Under the pieces are notes generated by a model. It was not told the DNA's origin. It made no database searches and saw nothing but the letters and a program-made list of their open reading frames with translations. Source: Bdellovibrionales bacterium (GTDB taxonomy: Bacteria; Bdellovibrionota; Bdellovibrionia; Bdellovibrionales; UBA1609). Taken from it: a stretch of DNA of 64,000 nt. Below, one piece after another: positions 19,173 to 28,696 of this stretch; position 1 is the first letter of the stretch; every line of letters starts with the position of its first letter. Location: positions 548,109-612,108 of the forward strand of contig OZ241911.1 in assembly GCA_965203785.1 (NCBI GenBank). Direction: 5' to 3'. A program made the position numbers and the translations under genes.

Positions 19173-19196
19173 GTTACAACTACGAGGTCATTCTAA
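19173..19196 (+). repeat. 24-bp perfect direct repeat of 17821-17844
   Basis: GTTACAACTACGAGGTCATTCTAA at both positions; a variant copy lies at 19097-19120 inside the gene. Confidence 0.9.
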
Positions 19197-19490
19197 GTTG
19201 TGTATTTGGTGCAGGTATCTCTTGGCTGATATCTCTGGGAATGAGAAAAATTTTTTACAAGTATTAAAAATGTCAAGAATGGGTTAGTTTTTTGTAAAAA
19301 ATTCTTTAACTTTCTATAGAAACTTGATTTTTTTCAAAAAAAACTTTATGGCTGTGCGAGGCTATTAAGTTTTTGTGTGAGGTTATAAGTCTTTAGTATA
19401 CGAGTTATTGATTGATAGTTGATTGATTACAGATTTTCTATATAAAAGACCTTATATATAGAGAAAAAATATTATTTAAGAGATACGGTT

Positions 19491-22400
19491 ATGAATCAAA
19501 TTTGGAACTTAAGAGTTAGTTTTTTTATATTAATAGGTTCTTGTTGGTTTCTTTTTGTATCGTGTTCTTTTTTATTTACAAACTCTAACCCATTGGGGAA
19601 CAGGCGAGGTATTTCTAGTGCTTTAGAGGATCATTCTAATTTTATTGTAGATGAAATTAAAGGTCAGGTGTTGGCTACTCGTTTGAACGGGGTGCCAGAA
19701 GAAGTTAAAATTTCTTATAAAGCATGTTTTAGAGAAGTATTTCAAACTGAAAATCCTCTGCCAAATACCTTATTTAAAGTGCATTTGTTTGAGTCCGGTC
19801 ATTCTGCAGATAATTCTAAAAAAGTGGGCAATCCACAGACTGTCAATCAGGATAATCAAAAAAAATCATCTTCTGCTGATTTATGTAGAGAAAGTTCTGA
19901 GTTTGTTTTTTCTGATAAAACTAAACCTTCTTGTTTAAAGCTTCGCACAGATGCCAATGGTTGTTTGACTTGGGCGGAGTTTTATTCTTTTCCGGCTATT
20001 AATCAATCGGTGTGGTTTGGTTATCAAAGAGCTTTTGAAGGCACTGGTATTTACGCAGGGAAGACAGTCGTCAACTTGGCTGTTAATCCTTTGCTTTCCA
20101 TTTTCTCAATGAGTTCAGATATGTCTTTGGTAGATTTACGGTATCACTCGGAGTATCAAAAACGGAACTTTGTTCGTCTGAGTAAAAAAAACTCTCAAAT
20201 ATGTTCTAATTGTATCCATCAACCGGCTAGTTTATCTGCTGTAGTCGATTATTTTTCAAAAACTCAAAACCGACTTCCTCGTTTATGGTTAAATGAAGTT
20301 TATGTCAATGTCAGTCAGGAGTTATTTCCCTTAACACAATCGAGTAAAAGTCAGCAAAAGCTTCTTCAAGATTTTAAAGTTTGTGTTCCTCATTCTAAAA
20401 GTTCGTGTAAAGATCCTCCTGGTCGATTTTTTAAAGTACAATTAGAGATGCCTTTAAAAATTCGGATCAAAGACCATAGAGGAGCTTCCAAGTTAGTCGC
20501 CTTAACTCATGGAAAATATTTGGTTAAACCCTATTTGTTTCTCCAAAGTGATCGAGGGGAGAATTGGTCTCTGCATCGGGATGTTCAATCTGTGTCTGCA
20601 GATTTGATTCAAGGTTCTGATCAGACCACTTTACGTGCTGATTTTTACCTCCATGTTCCTTATGAACGCTATGGAATTCCCATTTTATTAGGTTTGAAAG
20701 TTCAACCGTCTGGTGGGTCTCATGCATCTAATTTTTTGACATTTGAAGGAGTATTTTCTTTTCCAGATCATTTAAGCAGTGTGATTGGTAGTCAAACCTT
20801 AAAATTGGATCATAAGACGATTGCTTTTTATAAAAACTCCAACTCTGCATTGGGTTCTTTTATAGATACTTATCAGCTGTCTATGGATCCCAGAAAAAAT
20901 AGAGGAAGAAAAGGATTTCGCAAGGCAAGTTGGGATATTGAATTGCGACGGTTTCGTTTTTCGGACATTAGTTTAGAAGAAGGGAAGTGTCCAACACCGG
21001 TTGGTCGTTATGTTCGCTATGTGGGTGAAATATGTATTGTCGACCCTCTCACCAGAAAAACTATTCCCAATACTTCGATTGTGATTAAGCGAAGTGAAGT
21101 CAATTTTGATAAAGCGGGGCAAGTGTTGTTAGGACCAGCTACTGAAATTAACAAAATAGCAGAAGACGATCGATTTGATAGGGAAAGTTTTTCTATTAAA
21201 GGTCAGAGAGAAAATTTATCTGGTGAGAAAGAAGGTTCGACTTTATTTTATAACTCAGATGCAACAGGTTGTTTGCGTTGGATGGATAATTTATATCACA
21301 CTTGGTATGACCGAGAGCGATATTTTGTTCGAAAAATGATTTTTTCTATACCAGAGCTTGGTTTTGAAGGTGAAAAAATGATCGCAATTAACCCTTGGCA
21401 CTGGGGTTTTGTGTTCTTTCAAGACATTACTCAATTGGGTTCATCTTCTGTCCGTGTTAATCCTCAACGGGCCGAGCGTCCTCGTTTAGTATTACATGAT
21501 TTTAGAAGTATGTTTGTTAATCCAGTCTATGCAATCGATCGCTTATTAGGTATTAATATTTTTCAAAATCTGTTGTTTTTATTTCGAACACGAATTGATC
21601 GACCGGGAAATATCACCACTGGTTTTGGAGGGCAGAGACCATCTTCTATGGATATTAGAAGAGGATATTATTGGTTAAGATTTATATTGGTCAAAGCTCA
21701 TACAGAAGAGCAAGGCGGACAAGGTAATTTAGTAGTTAAAACAGAAGATTATATTAAAAATCACTACACTCAATCGAGTAATTTTAACTGGAACGATCAT
21801 GTTGCCGGTTGGGTATTAGATCGAAATGGTCATCAAACAGGTCAAATGATGAATACTCGCTTAGAATACATCACCCACTTTGATACTTATACGCAAATTA
21901 GAGATAGCACAGTGAATGCCTATATCAATTTTATTTTCAACTTAGATCAGTTTATTTTTATCGGATCTAACAATCGAGTGATTGTCCAACTGTTGCCAAC
22001 AAATCCGAAATATTATGTGTATCGTGAGGGGACTTGTGAAATTAATCCATCTCGTACTCAATTTATGCCTTTTACACAACATGAGTTAATTACCCGACCT
22101 TTTATGGGAACTTTTGTCCCCGGCGACAGAAGAAATTGGAATATTTTTAGGGTGTTGAGTACAGATTCTCATTCTCAGTTATCTAATAATTTTTTAGAAA
22201 ATCAATTATTAGCTTTAGATATGAAACATACAAACTCTTTAATTAATTATGGAAAAAAACACAGCAAAGAGCATAAATTGTTTTTAAAATTACAATCTCT
22301 ATTGAATATTAAAACTCAAAATTGGTCTGAAACTCCTCTGTTAGCTGTTAAAGATGGAATTAATATTCTCGAACAACTGTATCAATATATGGGAAAATTC

Positions 22401-24824
22401 TCACAATCTACTATTGATTCAGATCAGTTAGTGGAAGTGATTCATCAAACGAATCAATTTTTAACCAAGGCACTCAGTGGTTCTCATTTGCATCAACGAG
22501 TATCCACTTTTCTATCACAAATATCGATTTTGTTAAAAAATCTTTTACCCAAATTGTTAGAGTCTCAAAAAATAACAAATTCAAACTTAAAAAAATCAAA
22601 CTCAGATCTTAAAAAACAAGTTGCTCAAATTCGAAAAGAATTAACAAATTTGATCAATCAACAATTAGCTCATCCAGAGTTAGAAGACTCTTTAAAATCT
22701 TTCACTTTACAAAATTCTAAACCTCCAGAACAAAATAAAACAGAAGATGCTTGGGTTTTTCATTCTCTGACGGATTCTTATAAAAATCAAAAACTTAAAC
22801 CTTGGACAAAAAAAATAGATTCTTCATCAGAGACAGATCCTTCTTTTTTATCAGGGGCTAATATGAATCACTTTGCATATAACGAGGGTTTAAAAGTAAT
22901 TGCCATGGACAATCATAAAGTCGCTCAAAATTTTATAAGCGATTTAAATCACTTATCTAATAAATACAACACACAGTATTCATCTTTTCTCGATGTTTCT
23001 AGTGGAAAACCTTTTAACGAGCAAGTGGCACAATCTATTATTGAATTGAGAGAAAACCAAGCAGAAAATCCATCCAGTGAAACTCAATGGTGGGAGTCTT
23101 TTAAACAAAAAAATAAAGAAATTAGAAATAATTTTCCATTAGAAGATAAAGATAATTATGTGTCTTTTGTTAGAAAAAATAAGCAAATGTATTTACCACC
23201 TTTTTCTTCGGAGTGGTTAAGAACTGTTTTAACAGACGGTGTTCATGCTGGAACAATCGATACGCCAGAAGTGATGACTTTTTTGCATTCCATGTGTTTT
23301 TTCTGGTTCGAAAAATTTTATGACGAATACTTAGAACAAGATCAAATCGATGTTTTAAGACTCAAGCATATTGAATATTATGACTATTATAAAAGCACTT
23401 TGGAGTATTTAAGATCAGAAAGTCACATGGATCAATATAAAAAACTACTCCAATTACAACATGAATATTTTTTAGAAGACTTATCTGAAAATTTTGTAAA
23501 AAAAGAAAATCCATTTTTTGTCTATCCATCTGATTTAATTGGTTGGAAACTCGTAAAAAGAATTCAAAATGCGATAAGCGGTTTTTTTACTAACCAAAAA
23601 GAATCTATTCAGCAAAAAAAATCTATTCAGCAGACAAAAGTTAATGTTGTGGAATCTCTTTACGGCAAAATTCGTGAGCAATATGATAGAGAAATGGCTG
23701 GTTTGCCTTTAATGAGTCATTTAATTAACCCGATGAATATTTACAACCGTATAGAGGGAAAACATCCTTTTTTTAAATGTGTAGCTAATCCATTAAATTT
23801 TTTTCATTTAGAATCAAAGGTGATTGTTGGAGATATTAGTTCTCGTTACGAAGATTTAACTTATGAGTATGGGCAAACTCGGTCGTTAAATGTTCAGACT
23901 TCGTATGATTGGGCTTATGGAGTGAATTGGGCTATGTCGGTTGGTTTTTCTGGTTCGACGGGGACGGGTGTAGCCGTATTGGGTGGTTTAGGTGATTGGA
24001 TTCCTTTTAAATGGGTTAATAGTTTATTTACTTTTGCTGGCATTCGTGGGGATGTTGCTTGGAACACAACTCGTTCGGATGCAGAAAGTAGCCGAAGACA
24101 AATGTCTTTGCGTGTGGCTAGAACATTGTATTTGACTTTGAATCATTCTGTATTTTCTATTGGGCTTTCTCATTTTCGTCGATGTTTAGTTATTCGTCCT
24201 AAAAATTTAGCATTTGAAGGATATTCAGAAGATGATCAAATATGGAAAAAGAAATGGGCTAATAATTTTATGCGACAAATTTTATTTATTAAGTCTGGTT
24301 TATTAATTTGTTCAGAAAATATTCATGTTGGGGAAAACGACCCTCCAGAAAGAATTTTAGAAGATTATTTTTATATTTATCAACCATCTCCAGGGGATCA
24401 AGGGCAGTTTCAAAACCCTCTGAATTTTAGAAATCGTCCTTATGTCATTACTGTTCGAGGGATTACAGAGCTAGAAAAGTTAGAATTTTTGTTTCATTCT
24501 TTTGTAGAACCCAACCAAACTCCTGGTGTAGAAGACTACAATCCAGAACGACCAATGACTAACTTATTTTATCGACATCCAAAAATGATGGATGGGATGA
24601 GACGAGCTGTTAAACAAGCAAAAGTGTGGGATAAAACGGGTTTTTATCCAGGAGTTTACAATGTTAAATATAGCGAAGATCATCACTACTTTCGCGATCC
24701 CAAGCATCAAGCAAAAGGTGTATTAGAAAAATTTGGAGATTGGCTAACCAACAACAATCCATTAAATTTAATACGGATGGGAACGGATGAACAACCGATC
24801 TTAGACAAACCGAGTCGTCAATAA
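19491..24824 (+). CDS. Giant putative lipoprotein (1777 aa), unknown function
   Basis: Hydrophobic N-terminus with lipobox-like FVSC; internal repeat TDANGCLTW / SDATGCLRW; beta-rich segments. Confidence 0.75.
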   Translation: MNQIWNLRVSFFILIGSCWFLFVSCSFLFTNSNPLGNRRGISSALEDHSNFIVDEIKGQVLATRLNGVPEEVKISYKACFREVFQTENPLPNTLFKVHLFESGHSADNSKKVGNPQTVNQDNQKKSSSADLCRESSEFVFSDKTKPSCLKLRTDANGCLTWAEFYSFPAINQSVWFGYQRAFEGTGIYAGKTVVNLAVNPLLSIFSMSSDMSLVDLRYHSEYQKRNFVRLSKKNSQICSNCIHQPASLSAVVDYFSKTQNRLPRLWLNEVYVNVSQELFPLTQSSKSQQKLLQDFKVCVPHSKSSCKDPPGRFFKVQLEMPLKIRIKDHRGASKLVALTHGKYLVKPYLFLQSDRGENWSLHRDVQSVSADLIQGSDQTTLRADFYLHVPYERYGIPILLGLKVQPSGGSHASNFLTFEGVFSFPDHLSSVIGSQTLKLDHKTIAFYKNSNSALGSFIDTYQLSMDPRKNRGRKGFRKASWDIELRRFRFSDISLEEGKCPTPVGRYVRYVGEICIVDPLTRKTIPNTSIVIKRSEVNFDKAGQVLLGPATEINKIAEDDRFDRESFSIKGQRENLSGEKEGSTLFYNSDATGCLRWMDNLYHTWYDRERYFVRKMIFSIPELGFEGEKMIAINPWHWGFVFFQDITQLGSSSVRVNPQRAERPRLVLHDFRSMFVNPVYAIDRLLGINIFQNLLFLFRTRIDRPGNITTGFGGQRPSSMDIRRGYYWLRFILVKAHTEEQGGQGNLVVKTEDYIKNHYTQSSNFNWNDHVAGWVLDRNGHQTGQMMNTRLEYITHFDTYTQIRDSTVNAYINFIFNLDQFIFIGSNNRVIVQLLPTNPKYYVYREGTCEINPSRTQFMPFTQHELITRPFMGTFVPGDRRNWNIFRVLSTDSHSQLSNNFLENQLLALDMKHTNSLINYGKKHSKEHKLFLKLQSLLNIKTQNWSETPLLAVKDGINILEQLYQYMGKFSQSTIDSDQLVEVIHQTNQFLTKALSGSHLHQRVSTFLSQISILLKNLLPKLLESQKITNSNLKKSNSDLKKQVAQIRKELTNLINQQLAHPELEDSLKSFTLQNSKPPEQNKTEDAWVFHSLTDSYKNQKLKPWTKKIDSSSETDPSFLSGANMNHFAYNEGLKVIAMDNHKVAQNFISDLNHLSNKYNTQYSSFLDVSSGKPFNEQVAQSIIELRENQAENPSSETQWWESFKQKNKEIRNNFPLEDKDNYVSFVRKNKQMYLPPFSSEWLRTVLTDGVHAGTIDTPEVMTFLHSMCFFWFEKFYDEYLEQDQIDVLRLKHIEYYDYYKSTLEYLRSESHMDQYKKLLQLQHEYFLEDLSENFVKKENPFFVYPSDLIGWKLVKRIQNAISGFFTNQKESIQQKKSIQQTKVNVVESLYGKIREQYDREMAGLPLMSHLINPMNIYNRIEGKHPFFKCVANPLNFFHLESKVIVGDISSRYEDLTYEYGQTRSLNVQTSYDWAYGVNWAMSVGFSGSTGTGVAVLGGLGDWIPFKWVNSLFTFAGIRGDVAWNTTRSDAESSRRQMSLRVARTLYLTLNHSVFSIGLSHFRRCLVIRPKNLAFEGYSEDDQIWKKKWANNFMRQILFIKSGLLICSENIHVGENDPPERILEDYFYIYQPSPGDQGQFQNPLNFRNRPYVITVRGITELEKLEFLFHSFVEPNQTPGVEDYNPERPMTNLFYRHPKMMDGMRRAVKQAKVWDKTGFYPGVYNVKYSEDHHYFRDPKHQAKGVLEKFGDWLTNNNPLNLIRMGTDEQPILDKPSRQ

Positions 24825-24833
24825 GTATAATTA

Positions 24834-26306
24834 TTATTTAGTGTTAAAAATTTTATTAGTTTCCCATACACTTCCGTTAGGAGTGTCTTTAACTTGAATG
24901 TTCATTGCAGATAGTTGGTCTCTAATGGCGTCTGCTTTTTTAAAGTTTTTGTTTTTTCTGGCTAAAGATCGTTCATTCACTAATTGGTCAATTTCTTCTC
25001 TTTTTAAATGGTTTTGTGTTATGAAAATATCGTCCAGATTTTTCAAAAACTTGTCGGGAGACTCTTGAAACAAACTCATTATTTTCCCATATTTTAAAAT
25101 TAATTCCTGAGTTTTCAATGCGTGTTGTGCAATAACAGGTGCATTGGAAGTTTTGTTTTTCAGATCGTTAAAATGGCGAATTTGGGTAAATAAAATAGAC
25201 AGAGCATTTGGCGTATTGAGATCATCGTCTAAGGCTTTTTCTATTTTTTGTGCTATCAATTTTTGGGGTTTAGAAAATTGGTTATTATCTGTTTTTGCCT
25301 CTGAGTTTTTTAGTATTTGTTTAGATCTATGTAAAAAAGAATAGATACGTGTCAGAGCTTGTATACATTGCTGGATTTTCTTTTCAGACACTTCTATCAT
25401 AGATCTGTAATGAGAAGATAAAACAAGGTATTTAAAAATTTCTCCATTATAAATTGTGAGAAAATTTCGCATAATCGTTTGATTACCCGTGGATTTAGCC
25501 ATTTTTTCTCCACCAAAAGTGAACATATTGTTATGTATCCAGTATTTAACAAATAGGGTTGTTTTTTTTGGTTGTGTTTGAGCTTGTGCTCGTTCGTTTT
25601 CATGGTGAGGGAATATTAAATCGGTTCCTCCGCCATGTATATCGATAGGGGTTTTTAAAAGAGAATGGATCATGGAAGTGCATTCAATATGCCATCCGGG
25701 TCGTCCAAATCCCCAAGGGGAATCCCACCCCGGCTCATCGATTGAGCAATGCTTCCACAGTGCAAAATCTCGAGGGTCTTTTTTTCTCTTATCTATTTCT
25801 ACTCGACTACCACTTATGAGCTCTTCCCCCTTTTTTTTACTGAGTTCTCCGTAGTTAGAAAAAGATGGTACATGATAAAATATATCTCCTTGCACCTCGT
25901 AAGCTTTTTTATTCTGAATAAGTTTTTTAATAAGTTCTATCATATCACAAATGTAATGGGTGGCTTGAGGGTTGTGATCATGATTTTTTAGCTTCAGAGA
26001 CTTAAAATCTTTTTTAAATTCTTTAATATATTGGGTGGATATTTCTTGCATCGATTTATTTTCTTTTTTTGCTCGTTGAAGAATTTTATCATCTACATCT
26101 GTAAAATTATAAGCATAAGTTACTTCAAACCCTTTATGTTCAAGATAAAGACGAAGGCAGTTGTAAAACACAGCTCCACGAAAGTTTCCAATATGCAAGA
26201 GATCATAAACAGTGGGTCCACAACAATACATTTTTACTTTTGGAGGGTGTAAAGCTTTAAAAACTTCTTTAGTTTGAGTAAGAGTGTTGTATATTTTTAA
26301 TGCCAT
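24834..26306 (-). CDS. cysS: Cysteine--tRNA ligase
   Basis: CGPTVYD, HIGN, NFTDVDDKI, GRPGWHIEC, DIHGGGTDLIFPHHENE, KMAKS. Confidence 0.97.
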   Translation of the reverse strand: MALKIYNTLTQTKEVFKALHPPKVKMYCCGPTVYDLLHIGNFRGAVFYNCLRLYLEHKGFEVTYAYNFTDVDDKILQRAKKENKSMQEISTQYIKEFKKDFKSLKLKNHDHNPQATHYICDMIELIKKLIQNKKAYEVQGDIFYHVPSFSNYGELSKKKGEELISGSRVEIDKRKKDPRDFALWKHCSIDEPGWDSPWGFGRPGWHIECTSMIHSLLKTPIDIHGGGTDLIFPHHENERAQAQTQPKKTTLFVKYWIHNNMFTFGGEKMAKSTGNQTIMRNFLTIYNGEIFKYLVLSSHYRSMIEVSEKKIQQCIQALTRIYSFLHRSKQILKNSEAKTDNNQFSKPQKLIAQKIEKALDDDLNTPNALSILFTQIRHFNDLKNKTSNAPVIAQHALKTQELILKYGKIMSLFQESPDKFLKNLDDIFITQNHLKREEIDQLVNERSLARKNKNFKKADAIRDQLSAMNIQVKDTPNGSVWETNKIFNTK

Positions 26307-26647
26307 TAGAGTTGTGATTTAACTGGTTGTGGACATTTTTTAGGTGGGTGAATAGCCTCTACCGGGCAGGCTTCCATTGCTTCTTTACAAAGAGCAATTT
26401 CTTTAGATGTTACAGGTTGTTGAGTAATATAGGCACATTCAGCTTTTTCATCAACTTTAAAGTGCTTTTCGGCAATTAATACACATGCATCACAGGCAAT
26501 GCATTTTTCGTCCACAGACCATTGATTGTTGTTATCTGGTTTGCTTCTCCCCCCTCCCCCTTCAATCAATTGATTTTCTGAAATACATTTTGGCGAAACA
26601 GCCAAAGAATCAGGATATAAATGCGATAGATGATTTTTTGGGTTCAT
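26306..26647 (-). CDS. Monocluster ferredoxin
   Basis: CIACDAC...CPVEAI; its stop overlaps the cysS start. Confidence 0.85.
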   Translation of the reverse strand: MNPKNHLSHLYPDSLAVSPKCISENQLIEGGGGRSKPDNNNQWSVDEKCIACDACVLIAEKHFKVDEKAECAYITQQPVTSKEIALCKEAMEACPVEAIHPPKKCPQPVKSQL

Positions 26648-26828
26648 TGCAACACAATTAATCTCTCATACTGACAAACAATCAGCAAGTTATAAAAAAA
26701 AAAATTGACAAAAATACGGCATTGTAAGATATAAATAAGCTCTATTTAAACCACGCAAGTGGTGATGATGAAAACCTAACAAGGACCTAACAAGGGGTGT
26801 AAAAAATTCAATTTCAAAAGGTATTCAA

Positions 26829-27923
26829 TTGATTTTACATTTTATAATTTCTGTTTTATTAGTTTTTGGAGTTTATTGTTCTCAAGCGGATGTTCGCCCT
26901 CCTGGGGGTTACTTTAATCAGTCTGTTGATCGTACGAGTTCTCAATCAGATAAAAAATCATTAAAAGATACTTGCAGTACAGATAATTTAAAGAATCATA
27001 TAGATTTTTTAAGTGATCAGAGTGTTAGCATTTACAAGAGAAAGTTTTTTTTATATTCTATTTTAGAAAGTTGTGGATCAAATAAAAATCTTGCTGATTT
27101 TTTTCGATCTGTTGTATATCACGATCATATAGAATGGATTTTAAAGAAAGTAATTATCGAACAAGTTAATCACCGTTGCAATAAGAAAATAGTGGATTAT
27201 TTATTGCAGCAGTTGCGACAATCTACAATAGATCATTATCGGAGAGAAGATTTTATTTGGAGTTTATCTGATTTTTTACAAGAAAAACCTATCACGACAG
27301 AAAACAATTGCAGTGAACAAATTGTTTCTTCTTTTTCTAAGTTAATTCAAACAGATCAGAGTTATTTAACACCAGAGTTTATGGATTTTCGTACACAAAA
27401 AATTTTACCACTTTTGCTATCAATGGTGAGGTTAGGAATTAGAAATCAAATTTCTTTAGTTGGGCAAGAATTAAAAACAATTGCTTTAAATCATAATGTA
27501 AACGATCACTTTCGTGCAATGGCTGTTGAAGCTTTGCAAGGTTTTGGGGCTTATTCTGTATTTGGAGTGGATGGTTTGTATCAGGTGATTAAAGATATAA
27601 CTGTTCGTTTGAGTAAAAAAACATATTTAGAAATGACAGATAGTGAGTTAGTTCGAAATCAAAAAGATAACAAAATTCGTCAATATGCTCTAACCTCTCT
27701 TGAGGAGTTAGCTAATGGGAGTTATTTTAGTTTTTTAGATGGTATTGTTGGCAATCGGGAACATTTGGATGCACACACACATCAATTTTATTGGAGGAGG
27801 GTTTTGTTAGATCTTCCACCTCCAAAAGACAATTCTCATATTCTGAATGTATTAAAAAAATCTTCTGATGATTCAATAGTGAATGATTGTTGTGGTATTT
27901 TTTTTAAAAATTTGTTGCAATAA
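26829..27923 (+). CDS. Secreted alpha-helical (HEAT-like) hypothetical protein
   Basis: Signal peptide (SQA|D), helical repeats such as RAMAVEAL and IRQYALTSL. Confidence 0.6.
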   Translation: MILHFIISVLLVFGVYCSQADVRPPGGYFNQSVDRTSSQSDKKSLKDTCSTDNLKNHIDFLSDQSVSIYKRKFFLYSILESCGSNKNLADFFRSVVYHDHIEWILKKVIIEQVNHRCNKKIVDYLLQQLRQSTIDHYRREDFIWSLSDFLQEKPITTENNCSEQIVSSFSKLIQTDQSYLTPEFMDFRTQKILPLLLSMVRLGIRNQISLVGQELKTIALNHNVNDHFRAMAVEALQGFGAYSVFGVDGLYQVIKDITVRLSKKTYLEMTDSELVRNQKDNKIRQYALTSLEELANGSYFSFLDGIVGNREHLDAHTHQFYWRRVLLDLPPPKDNSHILNVLKKSSDDSIVNDCCGIFFKNLLQ

Positions 27924-28014
27924 ATTGAATTTTTTTATTGGTAGTTTTTTTTAAGTTAGTTAGGATGAATGATTATAGATCAATTATGAACTGTTGCTCT
28001 GTAAATAGAGCATA

Positions 28015-28668
28015 TTGAGTAGGGCAATGTATATAAGAATTTTGCAAATTGGTATTCGGTTGGTGTGTTTTTTAATTTGTTGTTTAGGGTCATCTTTTTT
28101 TGTGATTGCAGAAGAATTTTCTTTTTGTAGAAGAGCATTTAATTCTATGGTTTTTAAAATTCAATCCATTCAAAAACAAGTAGAAGAAAATCAAAAACAA
28201 AAGCGTATAAAATTTATTCAAGAAAGAGATCGAGCAGTTTTGTTGAATAATATTAATAATATGAGTGATAGTATAGATCGAGAAAATAAAAAAAGAGATA
28301 TTATTATTGCATTTTTTACATTTTATGTAAATTTCGATATATTACCAAAGCAGTATTCAGAAAAATTTTCTAAATTAACAAATGGACACTTGTTAGATAT
28401 GAATAAGAAAGCTCAGGATCGGATGGATTTGATAAATAAAATAGATAATTTAAGATCTCAAAAAAGTATGACACTATCTGATAAAAACCAATTAGTAGCA
28501 CATACTAATCAATTATTTAGAATGTATTATCATTTAATAGAGGGGCATAAAAATGAACTTCAAATGGTTAATCGTCAGTTAGAATATTTTATAGAAGAAA
28601 CTAAAGATTACTTTTTATTACCGGTTGTTTTAGATTTTAAAAAAAATCAAATCACTTATCGAAAATAA
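28015..28668 (+). CDS. Secreted helical hypothetical protein with CxxxF motif; paralog of 41405
   Basis: Signal-like segment, FCRRAFN; shares LPKQYSEKF, NRQLE, YFLLPV with 41405. Confidence 0.8.
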   Translation: MSRAMYIRILQIGIRLVCFLICCLGSSFFVIAEEFSFCRRAFNSMVFKIQSIQKQVEENQKQKRIKFIQERDRAVLLNNINNMSDSIDRENKKRDIIIAFFTFYVNFDILPKQYSEKFSKLTNGHLLDMNKKAQDRMDLINKIDNLRSQKSMTLSDKNQLVAHTNQLFRMYYHLIEGHKNELQMVNRQLEYFIEETKDYFLLPVVLDFKKNQITYRK

Positions 28669-28696
28669 GTATTCAAAAATAATAATTCAGTTGAAT

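Noticed and set aside
26750-26763. ACCAC-GCAA-GTGGT hairpin downstream of a TTGACA
   Set aside because: A 5-bp stem with a GNRA loop is too little evidence for an ncRNA or ribozyme
28669-28696. attL-like duplicate of the tRNA-Pro 3' end at the island's left border
   Set aside because: No sequence match to the tRNA 3' end is visible
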